The notes under the pieces: model-generated | Database searches by the model: none | What the model was told of the DNA's origin: nothing | The model's input: the letters and a program-made list of their open reading frames with translations, nothing else | Position numbers and translations under genes: made by a program | Assembly: GCA_947166385.1 (NCBI GenBank) | Contig: CAMVEB010000017.1 | Span: forward strand, 4,853-68,852 | Direction: 5' to 3' | DNA length: 64,000 nucleotides | From: an uncultured Clostridia bacterium | GTDB taxonomy: Bacteria; Bacillota; Clostridia; Christensenellales; Aristaeellaceae | Shown here: positions 51,347-59,434 of the stretch, in pieces | Layout: every line of letters starts with the position of its first letter | How positions within the stretch are numbered: position 1 is the stretch's first letter

Positions 51347-52006
51347 ATGACAGTTTTCGAAGCGATCGATGCCAGGCATTCTGTCCGGGCATACCAGAAT
51401 AAGCCGATTGATCAGGAGACACGACGGCAGCTGAACTGGTTTGTGGAGAAATGCAACCAGGAGTCGGGCCTCCGCATCTTCATTCGCTATGATGATCCGG
51501 ACGGGTTTGATTCCCGGCTGGCGCATTACGGACGTTTCCGGAATGTGAACAACTATATTGTCCTGGCCGGGAAAAAGACGGACGACTTCGATTTTGTCTG
51601 CGGCTATTACGGAGAAAAGATCGTTCTCTTTGCGCAGCAGCATGGACTGAACACCTGCTGGGCCGCGCTGACATTCAATAAAAAAACGGTCAGAAAGCTG
51701 ATCCCGGACGGAGAAGCGCTGTGCATGATCATTGCGCTGGGATACGGGGAGACGCAGGGAATCAGCCGGAAAAGTAAAACTCCGGATGAGGTTGCGGAAG
51801 GAGTCACGGATCAGCCGTGGTTCGCAAAGGGGATCGATGCTGCCCTGAAAGCTCCGACAGCGGTCAATCAGCAGAAGTTCCTGTTCAGCATGAAGGACGG
51901 AACACCGTTTGTCCGGATCAAAGGCTGGGGATCCTATACGAAGGTCGATCTGGGGATTGTGGCGTATCATTTTGAGGTGGCATCCGGGAAGAAAGTGAAT
52001 CATTAA
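51347..52006 (+). CDS. Nitroreductase-family protein
   Basis: 'EAIDARHSVRAY', 'GLNTCW', 'KAPTAVNQQKF', 'VDLGIVAYHFE'; start ATG 51347. Confidence 0.85.
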   Translation: MTVFEAIDARHSVRAYQNKPIDQETRRQLNWFVEKCNQESGLRIFIRYDDPDGFDSRLAHYGRFRNVNNYIVLAGKKTDDFDFVCGYYGEKIVLFAQQHGLNTCWAALTFNKKTVRKLIPDGEALCMIIALGYGETQGISRKSKTPDEVAEGVTDQPWFAKGIDAALKAPTAVNQQKFLFSMKDGTPFVRIKGWGSYTKVDLGIVAYHFEVASGKKVNH

Positions 52007-52075
52007 GCATCCGTTTGCTGTGACAGCATGGCCGGTCGTCCCCTTTCATTCTGTATCTGGTTTGAGATACCTTTT

Positions 52076-52107
52076 CGAGAGGAACTTTTTTCGAGAGGAA
52101 CTTTTTT
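52076..52107. repeat. Perfect 16-nt tandem duplication
   Basis: CGAGAGGAACTTTTTT at 52076-91 and 52092-107. Confidence 0.85.
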
Positions 52108-52419
52108 CAGTTCTGCTCATTCCTGCTTCTGCCTTATTTTTGCACAAACAGTGTCCAGCCGTTCCTGCACCGCCTCCATGTCATCGAATGGACAAATAAG
52201 AACGCCGGCTGCTTGAGCCGGTGTTTGCCTTCTCAGCTTGAGAACTGTCCCCCACGGTTCCGTGATGATAGTATAGCACAAATTTGGATGGGACACAAGT
52301 TAAAATTTTAATTTTTTGTTAATTTTGTTGTTGTAATGATTGTAAATTGATTGTCATCTAAATACGGTAACGCTTGGAACGCACAGAACGCACAAAGCTG
52401 CATTTTTCCTGTTTCCGCC

Positions 52420-52503
52420 TTCCATATCCGATCCGCTTGTGATACGATGATGCCGCAAACTGGCAAGGGCGTCGGTGCACGGTTGGCATCGGCGTATTTT
52501 TTT
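52420..52503 (+). promoter_or_regulatory. Promoter plus ANTAR-like hairpin/terminator leader of purC
   Basis: TTCCAT 52420-25, 17 nt, TG-n-TACGAT 52443-48; ACTGGC-AAGGGC-GTCGGT 52459-76 overlapping terminator stem 52469-78/52486-95 and T7 at 52497-503. Confidence 0.75.
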
Positions 52504-52519
52504 GTGGGAGGCGGACAGA

Positions 52520-53233
52520 ATGAACAAGGTTGCACAGGTTTATGAAGGGAAAGCCAAGAAAGTATTTTCGACAGAAGACCCGGAACTGCTGATTGTTTCT
52601 TACAAAGATGATGCCACTGCTTTTAACGGGCTCAAGAAGGGACAGATTGAAGGGAAAGGAATTATCAATAACCGGATGAGCAATATTCTGATGGATATGC
52701 TGAACAAAGCCGGAATTCCGACCCATCTGGTGCAGGAGCTCAACGAAAGGGAAACGCTGGTCCGGAAGGTGGAGATTGTCCCGCTGGAGGTCATCATCCG
52801 CAATATTGCCGCCGGATCTTTTGCAAAGCGCTACGGCGTTACCGAGGGAAGCCCGCTGAAAGCGCCGACCCTTGAGTTTTCCTATAAAAACGATGACTTG
52901 GGCGATCCGCTGATTAACTCGTATCATGTAATCGCGCTGGGACTGGCCACTCAGGAAGAAATCGATACCATCCGGGATCTGGCTTTCCGTGTGAACGATG
53001 AACTGAAACGTTTCTGGCTCTCCCGCGGTGTGACGCTGGTCGATTTCAAGATTGAATTCGGACGGCTTGCAGACGGCACAATCATCCTGGCGGACGAAAT
53101 CAGCCCGGATACATGCCGGCTGTGGGACAGTAAAACCGGTAACAAGCTGGACAAGGATCGCTTCCGCCGTGACCTGGGCGGGGTAGAGGAAGCCTATCAG
53201 GAAGTCATGAGGCGGATCGAATCCCAGGTGTAA
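52520..53233 (+). CDS. purC: SAICAR synthase
   Basis: 'YEGKAKKVF', 'YKDDATAFNG', 'IVPLEVIIRN', 'FSYKNDDLGDP', 'LVDFKIEFG', 'LADEISPDTCRLWD', 'LDKDRFR'; start ATG 52520. Confidence 0.97.
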   Translation: MNKVAQVYEGKAKKVFSTEDPELLIVSYKDDATAFNGLKKGQIEGKGIINNRMSNILMDMLNKAGIPTHLVQELNERETLVRKVEIVPLEVIIRNIAAGSFAKRYGVTEGSPLKAPTLEFSYKNDDLGDPLINSYHVIALGLATQEEIDTIRDLAFRVNDELKRFWLSRGVTLVDFKIEFGRLADGTIILADEISPDTCRLWDSKTGNKLDKDRFRRDLGGVEEAYQEVMRRIESQV

Positions 53234-53285
53234 AAAGGATGTTGCCGGATTCCTGCCAACAGCGTTTCAGGGGAGGTTGGGTACG

Positions 53286-54104
53286 ATGGGACACGTTGTG
53301 ACGAATGACGGAGTCATGCTTCACTATGAAGAGTATGGAGAAGGAGACAGAATCATTCTCTCTGCTCAGGCAGGGGTCTTTTATCCGCACGGAATTCATC
53401 AGGCGCTGGCGGATCGCGGGTATCATGTGTTTTGCATGACGCTGCGCGGATTTGCGCCGTCTTCCTATGTATCAGAGGATTACGGCGAAGCCTGGTATGA
53501 TGTGTTTGCCGGCGATGTGGTCTGTCTGGCGGATCGCCTGGGAATCGGCAGCTTTTTTTATCTCGGAGCTTCCCACGGCGCAGGTGTCGGCTGGCATTTA
53601 CTGTGGAAGCATGCGAAGCGGATCAGAGCGTTTATTGCCATTGTTCCCGGGCCGCACAGTCTGGAGGAGGGCGTCATGTCCTACCGGCAGATGCTCCTGC
53701 AGGGGATCATCTCCGCTCCGCCGCCGTTTGACCCGCCGATCGATAATGATCCGGAGCGGGAAAAGCGGCGGGAAGCCTGGCACCGCTGGCTCGAATCTCT
53801 CCCTGAACCGGATGAACGGGAGAAGCAGGTTGATTACGGCCGTCCGCTGATGAGCTGCGGCACAGAAAAAAAGCTGCGGGAGGTTCTGGCCTCCATGAAC
53901 ACCCGGACACTGATTCTGGGCGGTATCGACGATCCGATCAGCACACCGGAGCTGATGATGCGGACGGCGAAGTGCCTGCCGCACTGCAAACTGGTCATTT
54001 ACGCCAACTGCGGGCACAACATCGATACGGATATGCCGGAAGAACTGGCGGAAGAAGCAGACCGGTTTCTGGCTCATACTTTCTGTCTGAACAGTCCATG
54101 TTGA
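53286..54104 (+). CDS. Alpha/beta hydrolase
   Basis: 'LHYEEYGEG', nucleophile elbow 'GASHG', 'LILGGIDDPI', 'NCGHN'. Confidence 0.8.
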   Translation: MGHVVTNDGVMLHYEEYGEGDRIILSAQAGVFYPHGIHQALADRGYHVFCMTLRGFAPSSYVSEDYGEAWYDVFAGDVVCLADRLGIGSFFYLGASHGAGVGWHLLWKHAKRIRAFIAIVPGPHSLEEGVMSYRQMLLQGIISAPPPFDPPIDNDPEREKRREAWHRWLESLPEPDEREKQVDYGRPLMSCGTEKKLREVLASMNTRTLILGGIDDPISTPELMMRTAKCLPHCKLVIYANCGHNIDTDMPEELAEEADRFLAHTFCLNSPC

Positions 54105-54658
54105 TTGCAGCAGCAGTACAGCCATCCTGATCCGCGGAAAAAGAATCTTGCTTCCGCGTTCCCTTCCGGATACAGCGCTTTGATTTCACAGCGATCAGGC
54201 GTCATGTACGCCACAAATGGCAGATAATGTCCCTTCTTCATCAGATGATCCGAAGAAATGTAGATTTCATCTTCCACTCTCTGAACGGTCATCCGGTGGA
54301 TCTCGTCCGGCTCTTCCGCTTCCAGTGCCGGAAGCTGGATTCCGCAGCAGGAGATCAGTGCGTCTCCTCTGGCAAACAGGACGTTCCCGCAGACCGGACA
54401 GATATAGAACAGGCTTTTCAGCATATTGGCTGATCTGTTTCTGTTGACAACAGCCTGGCCGCACAGCAGCTCCGAAACAGAGACATGCAGCGCCTGGCCG
54501 AGGGGCTCCAGCATGGAAACATCCGGAAATCCGTGCCCTGTTTCCCATTTTGATACGGTCTTATCGCTTACACAAAGCTGCTCCGCCAGTTCTGCCTGCG
54601 TCATCCGGTACTTCTCGCGAAGCATCCTGATCGTCGCGCCTGTTACGTAATGATCCAT
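54074..54658 (-). CDS. XRE helix-turn-helix regulator fused to a desulfoferrodoxin/superoxide-reductase-like domain
   Basis: 'IRMLREKYRMTQAELAEQLCVSDKTVSKWETG.GFPD'; 'YICPVCGN...SCCG'; 'EIH', 'HLMKKGHY', 'CNQHGLF'. Confidence 0.85.
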   Translation of the reverse strand: MDHYVTGATIRMLREKYRMTQAELAEQLCVSDKTVSKWETGHGFPDVSMLEPLGQALHVSVSELLCGQAVVNRNRSANMLKSLFYICPVCGNVLFARGDALISCCGIQLPALEAEEPDEIHRMTVQRVEDEIYISSDHLMKKGHYLPFVAYMTPDRCEIKALYPEGNAEARFFFRGSGWLYCCCNQHGLFRQKV

Positions 54659-54745
54659 CCGTCATCACTCCCTTCCGGACGAGCATAGCAAAAAGCACTG
54701 TCTTCCGCAACCTACGCTCCGTAGAGACGTTTCATATCAATCCGG

Positions 54746-54811
54746 ATCCCGGAAACAGCTTGATTGTGAAAGCGTCCTGATATGTATCATAAACCGGTAC
54801 CGAAAGCGAAA
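54746..54811 (+). repeat. Copy A of a duplicated ~66-bp promoter-like segment
   Basis: ATCCCGGA-AACAGCTTGATTGTGAAAGCGTCCTGATATGTATCATAAACCGGTACCGAAAGCGAAA; matches 56696-56761 with 6 substitutions and 2 single-base indels by eye. Confidence 0.85.
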
Positions 54812-54846
54812 ACAAACCTTGGATACTGTGCCCGGAGGTCAAGCAT

Positions 54847-55905
54847 ATGAAAGCCTTTCAGCAGGAAATCCTGAATTGTCTCGGTGAACACCGCGCCCGG
54901 GTTCCGGATCTGCAACAGCAGGATATCGTGAAATTCATCTTTCAGGCCATGTTGGGGCCGGGACATCTGCTGGCCGGCAAGGACAGGATCATAACCACGA
55001 TTGTCCAGGAGATGGATACCCTTCAGCCGGACCGCGATGAGCAGCTGCTGGAGCGATTAAGCCCGGACTGGTGTCGTCTGAATCTGCGGCGAGCCATGGC
55101 AGAGCATCATTCACCTCAGATGATTGCCGGATTCATGATGGATTCCGGCGATACCCTGCCCTTTTCGAGACAGGATGTATACAGCTTCTGCGTCAATCTT
55201 TCAGAATCAGATCAGCCTCTGCTGCCTGATTGGCAGGCGCTGGAGATGATTATGAATGAAGACTGGCTGCCATCCCATTCTCCATCGTACCGAAAACAAT
55301 ATCATCCTGCATACCGTGTCATCTCAGCCAGCTGGGCACCCTGTATGGAAGCCGTCTGTGCCATTGCCGGCAGGCTGTCCTGCACAGAACGTCTGTTGGT
55401 GACAATAGACGGACCCTGCGCATCCGGAAAAACCACACTGGCGCAAAAACTGGCCGGTGTTTTCCGGGCGGCTGTGATCCATACGGACGACTTCGTCATC
55501 CCCCACGCCCGAAAAACAGCGGAAAGGCTGGCGCTTCCCGGCGGAAACTGTGATGCCAACCGGATCGTCAGGGAGATTCTGGCTCCGTGGAAAAACGGAA
55601 ATCCTGTCAGGTATCGTCGGTACGACTGCAAACAGGACTGTCTCCTGCCGGAAGAAACGCTGGCGGATCATTCCCTGCTGATTCTGGAAGGCTGCTACAG
55701 CAATCTCCCTGCAATCCGGGCTTTTGCGGGAATTCGCCTGTTTTTGAATATATCGGAAGAAACCCGAATGGCCCGACTGAGAAAGAGAGAATCGCCGGAA
55801 TCGTTCCGGCGATTTGAAAACACATGGATCCCGTTGGAGAACGCTTATTTTGGTGCTTTCCGCCTCCCGGATTGTTCAGACGATATGTTCTGTATACAGA
55901 CGTAA
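54847..55905 (+). CDS. Two-domain protein with C-terminal uridine kinase/phosphoribulokinase-like P-loop domain
   Basis: 'TIDGPCASGKTTLA', 'IHTDDF', 'LILEGCYS'; N-terminal 'QDIVKFIFQAMLGPGHL...SHSPSYRKQYHPAYRV' uncharacterised domain. Confidence 0.7.
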   Translation: MKAFQQEILNCLGEHRARVPDLQQQDIVKFIFQAMLGPGHLLAGKDRIITTIVQEMDTLQPDRDEQLLERLSPDWCRLNLRRAMAEHHSPQMIAGFMMDSGDTLPFSRQDVYSFCVNLSESDQPLLPDWQALEMIMNEDWLPSHSPSYRKQYHPAYRVISASWAPCMEAVCAIAGRLSCTERLLVTIDGPCASGKTTLAQKLAGVFRAAVIHTDDFVIPHARKTAERLALPGGNCDANRIVREILAPWKNGNPVRYRRYDCKQDCLLPEETLADHSLLILEGCYSNLPAIRAFAGIRLFLNISEETRMARLRKRESPESFRRFENTWIPLENAYFGAFRLPDCSDDMFCIQT

Positions 55906-55935
55906 CATGCTCGACTATCTGTATGATCGGCTTCA

Positions 55936-56583
55936 TCAACCGAAATAATCCCGGTATGCGTCATATCCCGTATGAATGCTTTCCTCCGGCTGATAGCTGA
56001 GGATCTGGTGGAATGGTTCCAGGCTGTTCACGGGACTGTATCCCTGATCCCGCAGGGCCAGATAAGCGCTGAGCGTTTTCTCTTTTCCCGCGATCACAAT
56101 CCAGTCAAACCGGGCCTCTTCCGGCTGATCCCGGTTTTCTTCATGATAATGGATCAGTCCATGCTTTTCGATCAGGGCGTATGCCTCGTCCTTTACCATT
56201 TCGAAATCCTCGTGTTTCATCGGAGGCGAAAGAGCAAGTCTCTTGCAGCCTCCTGCCACGCATTCACAAAACGCGGTAATCATGCCGAGAATGAATGACC
56301 GCTTGTCCGGAGCCTTTTCTCCGGCACTGCTGTTTGGAAATCCACCGGTCTCCCGGATTCGCTCCAGCAGGTTGTAAACCCCATCCTCTGACAGGACGCC
56401 CCGCTTCAGGTCCGCCGGCAGCTTTCCGGCTTCATCCGCTTCATAGTCCTCTTTCCACAGAGGGCTTTCATAATATGCTTCCAGTTCGCGAATCAGGGGG
56501 CTGACCTGCTCCGCCTGATTCAATACGGCAGCAATCTGTTCCATGAGGTCTTCATAGTGTTTAATCCGTTCCGTCTGTGTCAT
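55936..56583 (-). CDS. DUF4298-like domain fused to an unknown C-terminal domain
   Basis: 'ERIKHYE...LEAYYESPLWKEDYEADEAGKLPADLKRGVLSEDGVYNLL'. Confidence 0.65.
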   Translation of the reverse strand: MTQTERIKHYEDLMEQIAAVLNQAEQVSPLIRELEAYYESPLWKEDYEADEAGKLPADLKRGVLSEDGVYNLLERIRETGGFPNSSAGEKAPDKRSFILGMITAFCECVAGGCKRLALSPPMKHEDFEMVKDEAYALIEKHGLIHYHEENRDQPEEARFDWIVIAGKEKTLSAYLALRDQGYSPVNSLEPFHQILSYQPEESIHTGYDAYRDYFG

Positions 56584-56695
56584 ACAGTCCTCCGCCGGAG
56601 CTCCCGCCGCTTTCTGTCGGTTTCCGGCGCTTTCGTACGCCGGATATTTCCCAAAGTATTATCCTCCGGAACAAAAGATCTGACAAGAGAAAAAA

Positions 56696-56761
56696 ATCCC
56701 GGAGAACAGCTTGATTGCGAAGCGTCCTGATATGTATAATAAGCCGGTACCGGAAGTGGAA
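56696..56761 (+). repeat. Copy B of a duplicated ~66-bp promoter-like segment
   Basis: ATCCCGGAGAACAGCTTGATTGCG-AAGCGTCCTGATATGTATAATAAGCCGGTACCGGAAGTGGAA; contains TATAAT and the palindrome CCGGTACCGG. Confidence 0.85.
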
Positions 56762-56783
56762 TGGAAAGGAAGGAATCCGTTAT

Positions 56784-57626
56784 ATGCTGCTGGGCGGAAC
56801 TGTTGTCGGAAACTGTGCCGGTCCGCGGGAATGGGAAGATCTGCTCGTCCGTTCCCGTTTCAAAGCCGTGACCGCGCCTTTTGACTGCCATACCCCCCGG
56901 GAGGATACAGAGGCTTATCGGGCTGCCTGTGAGCGCCACGGGGTCAAAATCGCGGAAATCGGCGTCTGGAAAAACATCTTTGATCCGGATCCGGCCGCAG
57001 CAGAAGCGGCCATGACGTACGCGAAAGGGCAGCTCGCCCTGGCGGATGAGCTGGGAATCCCCTGCTGCGTCAATATTGCCGGCACCGGCAGCGCTGCCGG
57101 ATGGGATGCCGCCGATCCATCCAACTTTTCCGATGAAATGTATGAGCGGATCATCGCGAGCGTCCGGGAAATCCTGGATCACGTCTCGCCGGAGGCAGCC
57201 TGCTACTGCCTCGAGCCAATGCCCTGGATGGTTCCGGACAGTCCGGAAGCATACCTGCAGCTGATCCGGGATGTGGACCGGCCGCGGTTCGCGGTGCATA
57301 TGGATTTTGTGAACATGATCAACTGTCCCCGCCGTTATCTGGCGTCGGAGCTGTTCATTGAGCAATGTTTCCGGGATCTCGGGCCCCTGATCAGGAGCAC
57401 GCATATCAAGGATATCCGGATGGATCCGGTCAGGCTGACCACCTTTCTGGAGGAATGCTCCCCCGGGGAAGGCGCTCTGGACTTCCGCAGGGTGCTGCCC
57501 ATTCTGGACAGGTATCTCCCTGCCGACGCGCCGGTTCTGCTGGAGCACATGACCACCTTTGAGGAATACAGCCGGGCTTATGACTTTCTGAAATCCATTG
57601 CCGATGAAATCGGCATCATCCTATAA
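56784..57626 (+). CDS. Sugar phosphate isomerase/epimerase (xylose-isomerase-like TIM barrel)
   Basis: 'YCLEPMPW', 'VHMDFVN', 'THIKD', 'GEGALDF', 'LLEH' metal-ligand pattern; start ATG 56784. Confidence 0.8.
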   Translation: MLLGGTVVGNCAGPREWEDLLVRSRFKAVTAPFDCHTPREDTEAYRAACERHGVKIAEIGVWKNIFDPDPAAAEAAMTYAKGQLALADELGIPCCVNIAGTGSAAGWDAADPSNFSDEMYERIIASVREILDHVSPEAACYCLEPMPWMVPDSPEAYLQLIRDVDRPRFAVHMDFVNMINCPRRYLASELFIEQCFRDLGPLIRSTHIKDIRMDPVRLTTFLEECSPGEGALDFRRVLPILDRYLPADAPVLLEHMTTFEEYSRAYDFLKSIADEIGIIL

Positions 57627-57641
57627 CCGGGAGGAAATATC

Positions 57642-58526
57642 ATGGCAGACATCGGGAATTCGAACCTCATCTCCAGGGACTACCTGGATTCCCTGCTGAT
57701 CGAAACGCGTTATATGGATTCGTGCACGCCGGAGATCGCCTTTGAGCTTTATGGGCAGAAGGCCGCTTCGCCGATCATGACCGCCGCCCTCTCCCACCTG
57801 GATCACTTTATGTTCCCCGGCGCGGCGGACGCTCTGGCCAGGGGGGCAAAGAACGCCGGGGCGATCCTCTGGTACGGCATGGCGGAAGAGGAGGAGATCG
57901 AAAGGCTGGCTGCCTTTGGCGCGCCGATGATCGAAATCATCAAGCCCTATGCGGACAGGGATCTCCTTTTCCGGAAGATGGAGCATGCCGGAAAGCTGGG
58001 TCTGCTGGCGGTCGGCATTGATATCGACCATCCCTTTGCGGAGGATGGTTCCCCCGATCGCGTGGATGGCGTGGAAATGGCGCCCCTCAGGACCTCTGAG
58101 CTGGAGGAGATCACCCGGAGCGTTTCTCTCCCGGTCATCGTCAAGGGTGTGCTGAGCCTTCGCGACGCGGAGCGCTGCCTGGGCGCCGGTGCGGCCGGCC
58201 TGGTCCTCTCCCATCATAATAACCGGATCCGTTACGCCGTCCCGCCTCTGGCTGTCCTGCCGGAAATCGCGGACCTGGCGGGCGGAAGCGTTCCGTTGTT
58301 CGTGGATTGCGAAATCCGGACCGGCATGGATGCTTTCAAGGCGCTCGCCCTGGGCGCAACCGGCGTCTGCATCGGCCGCCCGCTGATGGCCGCCATCCGG
58401 GAAGACCGCGAAAATGGCGTCCGGGATTACCTGCTGAAGGCAAACAGCGAGCTGAAAAAGGCCATGGCCTATACCGGCTGCACCGCTTTGAACAGGATGG
58501 ACCGCACGGTCATCCACAGGCTTTGA
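57642..58526 (+). CDS. FMN-dependent alpha-hydroxy-acid oxidase/dehydrogenase family protein
   Basis: 'SPIMTAALS', 'PVIVKGVLS..DA', 'VLSHH', 'IRTGMDAFKALALGA.GVCIGR'. Confidence 0.8.
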   Translation: MADIGNSNLISRDYLDSLLIETRYMDSCTPEIAFELYGQKAASPIMTAALSHLDHFMFPGAADALARGAKNAGAILWYGMAEEEEIERLAAFGAPMIEIIKPYADRDLLFRKMEHAGKLGLLAVGIDIDHPFAEDGSPDRVDGVEMAPLRTSELEEITRSVSLPVIVKGVLSLRDAERCLGAGAAGLVLSHHNNRIRYAVPPLAVLPEIADLAGGSVPLFVDCEIRTGMDAFKALALGATGVCIGRPLMAAIREDRENGVRDYLLKANSELKKAMAYTGCTALNRMDRTVIHRL

Positions 58527-58541
58527 AGAGGAATCGCGCAT

Positions 58542-59405
58542 ATGCTGACGAAAGAAAAGAAAAACACTCTCCGGGAATGGCTGCTGATCACGGCGGGCAT
58601 CCTGATCCTGACCGCAGGCGTCTACTTCTTCAAGTTTCCGAACCATTTCTCCACCGGCGGAGTCACCGGCATCGCCATTGTGCTCGGCCGCTACATTCCG
58701 GATATCACTCCCGCGACACTGGTCACTGTCATCAACGTCTTCCTGCTGATCCTCGGTTTTGCGGTCCTGGGGAAGTCCTTCGGCATCCGCACGGTTTATG
58801 CTTCTCTCCTGATGTCCGGCCTCCTGGAGCTGCTGGAAGTTCTGGTTCCCCTGGATGCCCCGCTGACCTCCCAGCCCCTGGTGGAGCTGATGTTTGCCGT
58901 CGGCCTTCCGGCTGTCGGGTCTGCCATTCTCTTCAACGTGGACGCGTCTTCCGGCGGTACGGACATCATCGCCATGATCCTGCGGAAGTTCACTTCCCTC
59001 AATATCGGGATCGCGCTTCTCTGCAGCGATATCATTATCACCGTCTCCGCCTGCTTTGCCTTCGGGATGGAGACCGGTCTGTTCTCAATTCTCGGTCTGA
59101 TTATCAAGTCCCTCTTCATGGATGTGGTCACGGACAACCTGATGATCAAGAAGTGCTTCCAGATCATCACATCCGATCCGCTGCCGATTGAGGATTTCAT
59201 CACCGGCACCCTGCACCGGGGCGCCACCCAGCTGCACGGTGAAGGCGTCTATTCCCACGAAGGCAAAACGGTGCTTCTGACGGTGGTCTCCCGCCATGAG
59301 GCGGTGCTCCTGCGGAACTTTATCCGCAAAAGCGATCCCGCCGCTTTCCTGATCATCACTTCCAGCACCGAGATCATCGGAAAAGGATTCCGCGGAGTCA
59401 ACTGA
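58542..59405 (+). CDS. YitT-family membrane protein
   Basis: 'FSTGGVTGIA', 'SSGGTDIIA', 'HRGATQLHGEGVYS', 'DPAAFLII...GKGF'. Confidence 0.9.
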   Translation: MLTKEKKNTLREWLLITAGILILTAGVYFFKFPNHFSTGGVTGIAIVLGRYIPDITPATLVTVINVFLLILGFAVLGKSFGIRTVYASLLMSGLLELLEVLVPLDAPLTSQPLVELMFAVGLPAVGSAILFNVDASSGGTDIIAMILRKFTSLNIGIALLCSDIIITVSACFAFGMETGLFSILGLIIKSLFMDVVTDNLMIKKCFQIITSDPLPIEDFITGTLHRGATQLHGEGVYSHEGKTVLLTVVSRHEAVLLRNFIRKSDPAAFLIITSSTEIIGKGFRGVN

Positions 59406-59434
59406 CTCCGCGGTTTTCTTTCGGGCAGACGCCC

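Noticed and set aside
52200-52235. c-di-GMP-I (GEMM) riboswitch suggested by GGCAAAC on the minus strand
   Set aside because: No GNRA-capped P2 and no following GACGCAAAGC element.
52300-52520. Purine or ZTP riboswitch, or dif site, upstream of purC
   Set aside because: No matching aptamer cores or XerC/D arms; the AT-rich tract is low-complexity only.
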